IMG/VR virus record: IMGVR_UViG_3300032157_000002
Location: 17,327-81,326 of that record
Reading direction: 5' to 3' (one strand)
Origin: a virus
DNA: 64,000 nucleotides
Program-made: the position numbers and the translations under genes
The notes under the pieces: model-generated
Databases searched by the model: none
Seen by the model: only the letters and a program-made list of their open reading frames with translations
What the model was told of the DNA's origin: nothing
Shown here: positions 6,403 to 14,803 of the stretch, piece after piece
Layout of the letters: every line of letters starts with the position of its first letter
Position numbering within the stretch: position 1 is the first letter of the stretch

Positions 6403-7398
6403 TTACGCTGCTTTGTCGAGCCCGATCAAGACGCGGTGCGCGGAATGCTCCACCACCTTCAGCTTGCCCGGCTGCGCCCATTCCTTGGCCAGCCAGCCAT
6501 TCAGCGAAGTCTTGGCTACCGCCTTGCCCAACCGCTCGCTGAGCGCCTGAGCAAGCTGGCGCTTGGAGACCAGCACCGAATATTCCGGCTTCTCCAAGAG
6601 CAGGGAGACCAGCTCCCGGTAAACCTCGTCCTTCTTGGCCTTGCTTCCCGTCTGGGGCTTGGCGTCAAGCACGATGCCAAAGCTGCTGGCCTTAACCGCC
6701 TTGCGATCCTCGCGCAGCATCATCGCGCCAGGAATCAGGAAGTACACCAGCATATCGAGGATCAGCGAACCAAACGAACCCTCGATCGCATCGACAATCG
6801 TCTTGGCTGCGATTGGGGAGAAGCCCATGGCCACAAAGCCGATGGCAAAGCCCTTCACCTCAACCGTTTTGACCGCCTCATTCTGCGCCTTCAGCGTCTC
6901 GCGCTTAGCCTCCAGGGCTTCGCGGCGAGCCGCTTCATCAGCAAGGCTCATAAAGTTGGCGCACTTGCCGCCGCAGAACTTGTTCTTCTTCTCCTCCTCT
7001 GCCAGCTTGATCAGCGTGGCCGAAGAGCGCTTCTCAGCAAAGCCGGCAATCTCAACCGTCAGATTGGCGATCTCGGCCGCCCGCTCTGCCTTCTTCACAT
7101 CGGCCTGCATCGATTCCCAAATCGGTGCCCCGGCCTTGTTCGCCTGATAGCTGGCAATGTTGAACAGGCTGAACGCCGCCAGTGCACCAATCGCCACCAT
7201 CAGATTGCGGCTCCAGCCCTTGAAAGCGCCAATCACCGGAACGCTCATGCGAGCGATATCGGCAAGCGCCAGGATCATGGCCGCATACCATGCTTTCTCC
7301 AGACCATGGCTCACATTGAGCGTCAGGCTGGTCATGCCCGCTGCGAGACCGATGACCAGCATCAGTGCGGCAGCGCCGTATTTGATATAGTTGAGCAT
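6403..7398 (-). CDS. multi-pass membrane protein with coiled coil and C-terminal HTH-like segment
   Basis: 3-4 TM helices, FCGGKC motif, KRQLAQALSERLG...TSLNGWL. Confidence 0.75.
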   Translation of the reverse strand: MLNYIKYGAAALMLVIGLAAGMTSLTLNVSHGLEKAWYAAMILALADIARMSVPVIGAFKGWSRNLMVAIGALAAFSLFNIASYQANKAGAPIWESMQADVKKAERAAEIANLTVEIAGFAEKRSSATLIKLAEEEKKNKFCGGKCANFMSLADEAARREALEAKRETLKAQNEAVKTVEVKGFAIGFVAMGFSPIAAKTIVDAIEGSFGSLILDMLVYFLIPGAMMLREDRKAVKASSFGIVLDAKPQTGSKAKKDEVYRELVSLLLEKPEYSVLVSKRQLAQALSERLGKAVAKTSLNGWLAKEWAQPGKLKVVEHSAHRVLIGLDKAA

Positions 7399-7607
7399 CT
7401 GTCTCTCCTTGGTTTTCGCGTCCTGGCATCCAGCGCCAGTGACACAAGTATAACGCAGAAGAGATAGATAGTTTCCACTCAAATACATGGAAACACGATA
7501 TCAATGCACTAAAATGATCAACTTTTCGTGAAGTGGCGCTCCGGGGACCGGGGGGCTCTCCCGGAGCGCTTTCCCAACCAGCCCCAAGGAGGCCAACTGG
7601 TTGGTGA

Positions 7608-7976
7608 TTAGTGAAGCTGGACCTTGATGTCATCCTCCTCCTCGCCGACCGCCGACAGCTTGATCTTGGCGCCGGGCGGCCGGGAGTCGTTCATCTGCCC
7701 GATGATCACTTCGATGGTCTTGGGCAGCAGCATCGGATGCAGCGCGGCCGGTGCCTTGGCAAGAATCTGGCCGGCGAAGATTGCCAGGATTTCGAGGATC
7801 ACCGGCCCGGCATGGCCGTCGCCGATCTCGGCAATGGTCTTCTCGATCAGCGCGCCAAAGGTGTGGATATGCTTGCCAATCAGCTCATTCTGATAGTCAC
7901 CCTGCCGGCGCATTTCCTCCATCTGTTCTGGAGTGAGCTTGGCCAAAATCTCGGGGGGAAGCTTGCTGAAATCCAT
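7608..7976 (-). CDS. hypothetical protein
   Basis: CCAAGGAGA RBS before MDFSKL. Confidence 0.7.
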   Translation of the reverse strand: MDFSKLPPEILAKLTPEQMEEMRRQGDYQNELIGKHIHTFGALIEKTIAEIGDGHAGPVILEILAIFAGQILAKAPAALHPMLLPKTIEVIIGQMNDSRPPGAKIKLSAVGEEEDDIKVQLH

Positions 7977-8000
7977 GGGAGTTCTCCTTGGTTTAAAGGC

Positions 8001-8118
8001 CCCAGACGCCGCCAATTTCTTACTGGATTGCCATGCTGAGCATGGGCGGCGTCTGGGAGAGGGGAGCCGGTGCCACTTTCGTGTTGGGCTTGCGCCACCT
8101 TCGTATTGGGCACCGGCT
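8001..8118 (-). ncRNA. TIGR-like array (2 units)
   Basis: CCA-TGCTCAGCA-TG-GCAAT-CCA-GTAAGAAAT-TG in 12-bp stem; CCA-ATACGAAGG-TG-GCGCAAGC-CCA-ACACGAAAG-TG in 9-bp stem. Confidence 0.8.
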
Positions 8119-8129
8119 TGGTTAGGCGC

Positions 8130-9824
8130 TTAGCTGGTGACGCGCGCGCCAACCCGGTCGGCGATGGCGTCGATCTTGCGGACCAGATCACCGCTGCCAT
8201 TGGGCGCACCCTTGACGGCGAACTCCTCCAGCAGCTTCTTGATCTTTGGCAGGTGCTTCTCGGACAGCTCATAGGCCGCTTCCGCATAGTCCTTGGCGCT
8301 GTTCGCCCGGTTGCGGATCACGTTCAGGTCTTCGCCCAGATCGCCGCTGTAGCTGCTCTGCGGATCGCCGAGCAGCCGCTTGGCTGCCAGACCAAAGGCT
8401 TCCTCCGGCGAGGGCTCCGGCTTCTTCTGCTGAAGCAGCTTGGAGTGATCGACCATCTGATAGGCCGCCACCAACAGATCATCTTCGACGATCTGGGTTT
8501 CCTCGCGGAAGATCATGCCGAGCTTGGCGCGCGACACGATCTCAGCGATGATCGCCGGGATATAGCCGTTCTCCTCGACCAGCTTGCCGAGCGCGGTCAG
8601 CGGGACAGACTTGTCCAGCAGATTGCCGGCATAGAGGCGAACCAGACGTTCGGCTGCTTCGGCATCCGGCTTGGTGACATGGATGAGCGCATCCAGCCGG
8701 CCCGGCCGCAGCATCGCCTCGTTGATCAGCTCGATATGGTTGGTGGTCAGAACGGTGATGATCTCACCATCCTTGGACACCGCGCCGTCGATCGTGTTCA
8801 GCAGATCGTTGGTCTTGTTGTCGCGGGACTTGACTGCGACCCGCTCCACGTCTTCGGCGAACACCACCGAAGGCTGATAGAGCTTGGCCAGCTCCAGCGC
8901 CCGATCCAGGCCCTCGACCTTATCGACCATGATAAAGGTCCAGCCATTGTCCTGGGCGATCTTGGCGGTCACCAGTGCGGTGAGCGTCTTGCCGGTGCCG
9001 TAGGGGCCATAGAGCAGCGCACCGCGCTTGAGCGAAACACCATGCTTGCGGGCGATGGCGGTCTTGCGGATCGGGGTCCAGACGGTGTGCTCCATCAGGC
9101 TGTAGTTCACCTGGGTGAGCACGAGACCGTCTTCAGAGACCTTGGACAGGTCGATGAAGCTCGGCGCAACCGAGGCCTCGACCTTGCCATCCGAGCCTAC
9201 GGGCAAGCGCATCGCCTTGCCCTTGTAGATCGAATGTTCCCGCAGATAGTCCCGCGTCTCCTCGATCAGCGCCATGATGATCTTGCGCTCATGATGGCGC
9301 ACCTTGGCGCTGACATGGAAGGACAAGAACGAGCCTTCCTTGGCCTTGGGATTGCGGGCAAAGCCGGTGATCAGCTCCGCCTTGGTGTCCTGGAGCTTGA
9401 ACTTGCCGACCGGGACTTCCACGTAATCTTTCGGCTTGGGGCCGGTGCGCACCATCACCATTTCCGGCTGAATGTCGCCGAACATGGTCTTGATGGTCTG
9501 CGGGTTCACCCAGCCATAGCGGCGCTCCATCACCTTGACGAAGGCATGGGCGGCGTCATGGGGCATGCCCGGCAGATACTCGCTCACCTCGAAGAGCTGG
9601 TCTTCCTTGGCCTTGAAGTCGAGCAGGGTCTGGATGCCCTCTTCGACGGTCATCGGGTCGGGCTGGCCAGGGAGCTTGATCTCCGTGGCGGTCTCGTCCC
9701 ATTTGACGCCGAGTTCCTTGGCCTGGGCGATCTCGCCGCTGCGCAGCTTCTGGCGCGTTGACTTGATCATCATGCCCATCACGTCAGCCAGGGCCTGGGC
9801 TTGTTCAGTTGCGCTGTCACTCAT
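8130..9824 (-). CDS. AAA+ ATPase (classic clade)
   Basis: GPYGTGKT Walker A, VFAEDVE Walker B, TTNH...AMLRPGRLD second region of homology. Confidence 0.9.
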   Translation of the reverse strand: MSDSATEQAQALADVMGMMIKSTRQKLRSGEIAQAKELGVKWDETATEIKLPGQPDPMTVEEGIQTLLDFKAKEDQLFEVSEYLPGMPHDAAHAFVKVMERRYGWVNPQTIKTMFGDIQPEMVMVRTGPKPKDYVEVPVGKFKLQDTKAELITGFARNPKAKEGSFLSFHVSAKVRHHERKIIMALIEETRDYLREHSIYKGKAMRLPVGSDGKVEASVAPSFIDLSKVSEDGLVLTQVNYSLMEHTVWTPIRKTAIARKHGVSLKRGALLYGPYGTGKTLTALVTAKIAQDNGWTFIMVDKVEGLDRALELAKLYQPSVVFAEDVERVAVKSRDNKTNDLLNTIDGAVSKDGEIITVLTTNHIELINEAMLRPGRLDALIHVTKPDAEAAERLVRLYAGNLLDKSVPLTALGKLVEENGYIPAIIAEIVSRAKLGMIFREETQIVEDDLLVAAYQMVDHSKLLQQKKPEPSPEEAFGLAAKRLLGDPQSSYSGDLGEDLNVIRNRANSAKDYAEAAYELSEKHLPKIKKLLEEFAVKGAPNGSGDLVRKIDAIADRVGARVTS

Positions 9825-9860
9825 GGTGTTCTCCTTGGTTGGTGGGGAGGTAAACAGGGG

Positions 9861-9902
9861 GCCGCCAATCTGGCCAGGGGCGTCATGTTTTTAATGGGCG
9901 GC
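9861..9902 (-). ncRNA. TIGR-like unit (1)
   Basis: GCCGC-CCA-TTAAAAACA-TG-ACGC-CCC-TGGCCAGAT-TG-GCGGC. Confidence 0.7.
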
Positions 9903-9916
9903 GCCGGGTCACTGGC

Positions 9917-10237
9917 CTAAGTCTTATCGGCCGGTGTCTTGCTTGTATCCCTTATATGGGGATCGATTTCTTGAATGGAAGACCAGTCTATCGCGAAACT
10001 GCTATCAAGATCGGATGTTTCCGTCAACCACTGTCTTTCAACGCCAGCGGCTTTTTCGGCGGCGATGGCTTCCTCGACGGCGTTCTTTACGGTAAAGTTG
10101 CGACCTCGGTTGACCATGGCCTCCGGCCCCGCCTCCACCTCGATATAGCTACTGAGGCGAAACGTCACGGTTTTTTCCAGCTTCACCCGGTATCTTCGCG
10201 GTGACTTGCCCTTGACTTTGTGCGCTTGCCTTGCCAT
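9917..10237 (-). CDS. hypothetical protein
   Basis: 106 aa. Confidence 0.65.
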   Translation of the reverse strand: MARQAHKVKGKSPRRYRVKLEKTVTFRLSSYIEVEAGPEAMVNRGRNFTVKNAVEEAIAAEKAAGVERQWLTETSDLDSSFAIDWSSIQEIDPHIRDTSKTPADKT

Positions 10238-10329
10238 TATCTAGTCTCTCCTTGGTCAGCATGCGCCTCGCATGCTGTTCCATCGGGGCCGCATTCACAT
10301 GGCGTGCGGCCCCGTTTTGGTTTCTGGGG

Positions 10330-10590
10330 CTAGTCGTCCACATCCACCCGCACGGCAATCGCATCCGGATCATCCCGCGCCCGCTGGGGCTGGGTGGCAT
10401 CGATCCGCACCGTTGAGCGCGACTGGCCCGGCTTGTTCACCGTCAGCTCGATCTTGTAGATGTCGAACGGGTCTCCGCTGTCCACTTCATCATTATAGCG
10501 ATCAGCGGCATCGCTGGAACTATCAGAGGAATGCGCGGTAGAGCCATCAGCGTCCACCGCTACCCAGAATGTTGCTGTTACCTTTTCCAT
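10330..10590 (-). CDS. hypothetical protein
   Basis: AAGGAGA RBS before MEKVTAT. Confidence 0.7.
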   Translation of the reverse strand: MEKVTATFWVAVDADGSTAHSSDSSSDAADRYNDEVDSGDPFDIYKIELTVNKPGQSRSTVRIDATQPQRARDDPDAIAVRVDVDD

Positions 10591-10601
10591 GGCTATCTCC
10601 T

Positions 10602-10823
10602 TTATGATCGCAGGCGAGGGGCACAAACATTCTTACCGGCCTTGCCGCAGCGTGCACAATACCAGCTTTCCGGCTTGGCCTGCTCCAGACGGAGCCTTTC
10701 CGCCTCGGCCTCTGCCGCGCGCACCAGATCATCGATCTCTGGTGGTGTCGGCAAGGTTTCCACCTCGCCCTCCTCCAGCGCGCCGGTCGGATCGGTTTTC
10801 ACTTTGCGTTGCTTCTGGTTCAT
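10602..10823 (-). CDS. Pup/UBact-like small protein with Cys-rich tail
   Basis: MNQKQRKVKTDPTG...EIDDLVRAAE, CARC...C tail; paralog of next gene. Confidence 0.6.
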   Translation of the reverse strand: MNQKQRKVKTDPTGALEEGEVETLPTPPEIDDLVRAAEAEAERLRLEQAKPESWYCARCGKAGKNVCAPRLRS

Positions 10824-10826
10824 GGC

Positions 10827-11111
10827 TTATCTCCTAAGACTTGCCTTAAGGACAAAATGACCGATCGGGCAGCCTTCCACGCCGCAATGGCAGATATAGC
10901 CGGCATCCCAGAGGAGCTTGGCGCGCTCTTGAATCCGAGGATCGCCGCTGGGCTTTCGTGCTGCCTTCTCCGCTGCCTTGCGCTGCTCTTCAGCGGCTTG
11001 CTCGACGGCCTTTACCAGATCATCGATCGGCGGCGGTGCGGGAAGCACATCAGCCTCTTCGCCCTGTTCTCCGGTCGGATTGACTTTGACACGACGTTGT
11101 TTTTGCTCCAT
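10827..11111 (-). CDS. Pup/UBact-like small protein with Cys/His tail
   Basis: MEQKQRRVKVNPTG...PIDDLVKAVE, CHCGVEGCPIGH tail; directly after ARC-like ATPase. Confidence 0.6.
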   Translation of the reverse strand: MEQKQRRVKVNPTGEQGEEADVLPAPPPIDDLVKAVEQAAEEQRKAAEKAARKPSGDPRIQERAKLLWDAGYICHCGVEGCPIGHFVLKASLRR

Positions 11112-11174
11112 AATTGTCTCCTTGGCTAAGAGGAGGGGGGATACAAAATGTACCCCTCCCTCTGTCTGGTGAGA

Positions 11175-12545
11175 TTACTCTGCCGCGTGACTGATCCGGC
11201 CGTTCTCCTCCTGAATCCGTTGCACCGCATTCAGGATATCGGCCTCAGTCAGGCCGGTGCGTTTCCGGCTCGCCAAATCCCGTGCCAAAGCAAAGGATTT
11301 TGCCTGCTCTGCAATCGCCGCCAGCATGGCGCCAGAGACGACAGAGCGCAGCGGTTTGGTGGAGCCGGCGATCAAGGTCTTGTCCGAATACACCGTCTCA
11401 ATCGTCAGCGCGGTCAGCTTGTCTGCACGGGTCTGCTTGGCAATCGGTGCCTTAGCCAGATGGATGGGGAAAATCTCCAGCGCATCGTCTGGCGTCGGCC
11501 GGGCCACCTCAATCTTGCGATCCATCCGCCCATCGCGGGTGATGGCGGGATCGAGCTGTTCCGGCTTATTGGTCGCCAGCATCACGATGGCAGAGGATTC
11601 CTCCAGGCCATCCATTTCCGCCAGGAAGGTGGGAACCACCGTGCTGGACATGAAATTGCTGGAGCCGCGTCCATTGCCGCGCGCGGTAAGCAGGGCTTCG
11701 GCTTCGTCGATGAAGATGACAGCCGGGTTGCCGGTCTTCTGCTTATGGGTGCGTGCCGCCTTGAACAGTTCGCGGATTTTGCGCTCGGTTTCGCCGACAT
11801 AGGCATCGAGCACTTCCGGCCCCTTGATCGAGAAGAAGGCACCATTGTCGCCCTCGGCGCGGATTGCGGTTGCCGAGGCCTTGCCGAGCAGGGTCTTGCC
11901 ATTGCCCGGAGGCCCGAACAGCAAGATGCCGGCCGGGAAGCCCTTGCCATAGAAGCGGAAGATGTCCGGATACATGGCTGGCATTACGATGGCTTCCTGC
12001 AAGGCTTGTTTGGCCGCGCTTTGGCCACCGATTTCCTCCCAGCCGACATTGACGGCGGAGGTGAGGGTGAAGCGTTGGCCTTTTTCCTGCGGCATCACCG
12101 CATAGATGATCATATTGCCGGCTGAGAGCACGACTTGATCGCCGACTTTGGGCCGATTATTGCCGTTGATGACCGCTCGATTCTGGCCATCGATGATCAC
12201 CTCGCTCATGTGGTCATTGACCAGCGCTTTGACGACGCCGATGCCGCCGATCTGCGGCTCTTTGGCTAGTCGGATGATGGCCTTGGTTTGATTGTTGATC
12301 AGCACCGGAGCCCCGATGGTGAGGTTCAGATTGGCGGGTTGATCGACTTCGATGATTTGGTTATCGGCCACCAGCGTGACGCTTCCACCTTCCTCATTGA
12401 TGGCAACGACGGTGGCATGGGCCAGCGGCAAAGCGGTTAATTTGCGCAAGAGGGCATCTTGTTCCAGCAGACGTTCTTTCATTTGTTCGAGAATGTCAGC
12501 GGGGGCAGCCCCCTTGGTCTGGCCATTTTTTGCCAGTATCGTCAT
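11175..12545 (-). CDS. ARC/Mpa-like proteasomal AAA+ ATPase
   Basis: N-terminal coiled coil, two OB-like beta segments, GPPGNGKT, SIKGPEVLDAYVGETERKIRELF, IFIDEAE, TVVPTFLAEMDG, LDPAITRDGRMD. Confidence 0.88.
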   Translation of the reverse strand: MTILAKNGQTKGAAPADILEQMKERLLEQDALLRKLTALPLAHATVVAINEEGGSVTLVADNQIIEVDQPANLNLTIGAPVLINNQTKAIIRLAKEPQIGGIGVVKALVNDHMSEVIIDGQNRAVINGNNRPKVGDQVVLSAGNMIIYAVMPQEKGQRFTLTSAVNVGWEEIGGQSAAKQALQEAIVMPAMYPDIFRFYGKGFPAGILLFGPPGNGKTLLGKASATAIRAEGDNGAFFSIKGPEVLDAYVGETERKIRELFKAARTHKQKTGNPAVIFIDEAEALLTARGNGRGSSNFMSSTVVPTFLAEMDGLEESSAIVMLATNKPEQLDPAITRDGRMDRKIEVARPTPDDALEIFPIHLAKAPIAKQTRADKLTALTIETVYSDKTLIAGSTKPLRSVVSGAMLAAIAEQAKSFALARDLASRKRTGLTEADILNAVQRIQEENGRISHAAE

Positions 12546-12612
12546 GGCTTTCTCCTTGGTGATGGGCTAGGGTCTGAGAGGGGAAGGGGCGCATTTGGCC
12601 GCGCCCCTTTGC

Positions 12613-13377
12613 TTAACGCGGCGGCGGGCGCCGGGTGCTGACATCGAGCCAATTATGGCTGCGCTCGGCGGGTGTGCGGCCAATGCTGGTCGGTGCCGGG
12701 CTCACCTGCGGGCAGGTTGCCGGATCATCCTTGAAGGCCTCGGCATAGCCGTCAATGTCCTCCAGGAAGGTGAAGTCCACCACCCGCACATGGAATTTTG
12801 GCTCGACCGTCGCGGTGAGACCTTCATCCGATAGCGGGAGCCTTACGCAATCGCGCCGGGTTTCGTTGGGCTTGACGACCCAATCCAGGGCAATGTGCGA
12901 TTCATTGAGATTGGGGCTGGGCAGGACGATGTTGCTGGAGCGATCCGGCAGATAGCCGCGAAAGTTCAGCCTGACCTTGCCGATCGTGCGCCCGGTCTCG
13001 TTGCGGTAAGAAACCTGGACATGGCCGGGGGTGTTGCACCCTTCTGTCATGGCAGCGTTGGCCACGATCCGGCTGAGATAAGCAGGCTTGGCCTCTGCTC
13101 TAGCGCGGTTCTCATTGACAGAACGCTGGTAAGCTTCATGATCGAGCCGCTGACTACGCTCCCGCTCACCTTCGCTGCTGGCCCACCAGACAACGCCGAT
13201 GAGAACGCTGATGAAGAGCATCACCCAGAACAGCGCGGTGCCGAGGCCTGGGCCGGTGTCATAGGCTCTCAGCGCTTCGCGTCGCCACTCCTCATTTGAC
13301 CGGCGCAACTCACCGTTTTCGCGACTGAGGCGGGCGTTTTCGCGCATGACCCGATCGACCGTGGAATTTTCGTCCAT
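12613..13377 (-). CDS. membrane-anchored protein
   Basis: Coiled coil, one TM helix, beta-rich C-terminus. Confidence 0.7.
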   Translation of the reverse strand: MDENSTVDRVMRENARLSRENGELRRSNEEWRREALRAYDTGPGLGTALFWVMLFISVLIGVVWWASSEGERERSQRLDHEAYQRSVNENRARAEAKPAYLSRIVANAAMTEGCNTPGHVQVSYRNETGRTIGKVRLNFRGYLPDRSSNIVLPSPNLNESHIALDWVVKPNETRRDCVRLPLSDEGLTATVEPKFHVRVVDFTFLEDIDGYAEAFKDDPATCPQVSPAPTSIGRTPAERSHNWLDVSTRRPPPR

Positions 13378-13459
13378 GGCTAACTCCTTGGAACTCTGCT
13401 ATATTTGGGGAATAGGGAGCGCGCTTTAGCGCACGCCCCCGCTGTGAGGTGGGAAGGGA

Positions 13460-13921
13460 CTATTCGCCGCCGTTCGAGCCCATCTGCGGGCCTTCACCGA
13501 ATACCTTGCCGAGGCCGGGATGACCGCCACCGGCATGGATGCGCACCGGCAGGACCGGGGAATTCCAGCCGCCCTGTTCGACATAGCTGCGGTTCTGGCG
13601 AACCACCCAGGCGCGATTGGCATTCTGCTGGGCCAGCAGTTCGGATGCGCTCAGGGACGGAATGAAAGTGCCCTGAAGGCCGGCGCCCGTCACCGCGCCG
13701 GTATTGGCGTTGGCGAACGGGATATTGTCGTGACTCCAGACATTGTAGGTCTGGGCCTTCGGCGCCGAATAGCGAACGCCGTCGCCGATGCCCTGATTGT
13801 CGGCATTGGTGTTACGCCAGCCCGGCGTACCATCGGAAGTGCCGCCCGAATCCTGGGCGAGAACGGGTGTGCTGAGCGCCAGAGCGCCCGCCGTGAGCAG
13901 TGCAATGATGGATGTCTTCAT
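13460..13921 (-). CDS. putative exported protein
   Basis: MKTSIIALLTAGALALSTPVLA signal peptide. Confidence 0.75.
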   Translation of the reverse strand: MKTSIIALLTAGALALSTPVLAQDSGGTSDGTPGWRNTNADNQGIGDGVRYSAPKAQTYNVWSHDNIPFANANTGAVTGAGLQGTFIPSLSASELLAQQNANRAWVVRQNRSYVEQGGWNSPVLPVRIHAGGGHPGLGKVFGEGPQMGSNGGE

Positions 13922-13994
13922 GTCATCTGTCCTTTGAAAACGCCTACTCATTATAGGCTAAAAGCCAGGGTGGAGTGGCCCCCACCCTTGAAGA

Positions 13995-14330
13995 TTATCG
14001 CTTCTGTTTCGGTTTGCGCGGAAATTTCATGTCTTCCGGCGCCAGAAATTGGGAGACCTTTGAGTTCTGGCAGTCTTGCAGAAACTCCGGCAACGGCTCG
14101 GCGGTCATGATCGTCACCCAATTCTCGTGACCCTCATGAGCATCCGATAGGCTGTCATAGGCCTCGACAATGACGAAGGCGCCGTCATTGTAATCCGGAT
14201 GCTTGATGGCGGTCTCGAAGGGGTGGTCGCCATCGTTCACCATTGCTGTTGAGACCACCACGCCACCCTCATTGTAGAGGGAAACCTTGCGATCTTCATA
14301 GGTGCCGGCCATGTTGAAAAAGTCGAACAT
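13995..14330 (-). CDS. hypothetical protein
   Basis: CCAAGGAG RBS before MFDFFN. Confidence 0.7.
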   Translation of the reverse strand: MFDFFNMAGTYEDRKVSLYNEGGVVVSTAMVNDGDHPFETAIKHPDYNDGAFVIVEAYDSLSDAHEGHENWVTIMTAEPLPEFLQDCQNSKVSQFLAPEDMKFPRKPKQKR

Positions 14331-14352
14331 TGTTTGCTCCTTGGTTGAGGTT

Positions 14353-14679
14353 TCATCCAGATAAGGGTAAGGTAACCTCCTGATCTTTGACAAAGGGTAG
14401 ACCAGTATCATCCAGGTCCACCAGTTGAACCTTCCAGCCGTCGCTCTCCCAGGCGCGGATATTGCGCCGGATGGTGTCTTCCTCGCCCCAGGCGAAGATT
14501 TCATGGCCCCAGACGATGCGACCGGTGTCCAGCTTGATCTTCACCTGGAAGTCGCCGCGTCCTGGCACGCGCTCAACGCCGAGAAACTCTCCCGACCCAA
14601 GCACATGAATAATGTTGCCTTCCGGATCGAAGCTGAGCACAGCTCCAACCCGATCCCCTCGTCTTGCGCTGACTTCCAT
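14353..14679 (-). CDS. hypothetical protein
   Basis: GGAGAG RBS before MEVSARR. Confidence 0.7.
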   Translation of the reverse strand: MEVSARRGDRVGAVLSFDPEGNIIHVLGSGEFLGVERVPGRGDFQVKIKLDTGRIVWGHEIFAWGEEDTIRRNIRAWESDGWKVQLVDLDDTGLPFVKDQEVTLPLSG

Positions 14680-14702
14680 GACTTCTCTCCTCGGTGTAAA
14701 AT

Positions 14703-14759
14703 GAGCCGGCGCCATACATTGTACTGGGCTTGCGCCATGGCGGTGTTGGGCGCCGGCTC
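14703..14759 (-). ncRNA. TIGR-like unit (1)
   Basis: GAGCCGGCGC-CCA-ACACCGCCA-TG-GCGCAAGC-CCA-GTACAATGTA-TG-GCGCCGGCTC. Confidence 0.8.
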
Positions 14760-14803
14760 TCCTTAGTGAGCGTTTACCGCGAACGATAAACGATCGCTTT
14801 CAA

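Noticed and set aside
8070-9761. Long antisense ORFs (also 6382-7467, 38486-39856, 49990-51282)
   Set aside because: Shadow frames opposite real genes in GC-rich DNA, with no RBS or recognisable motifs.
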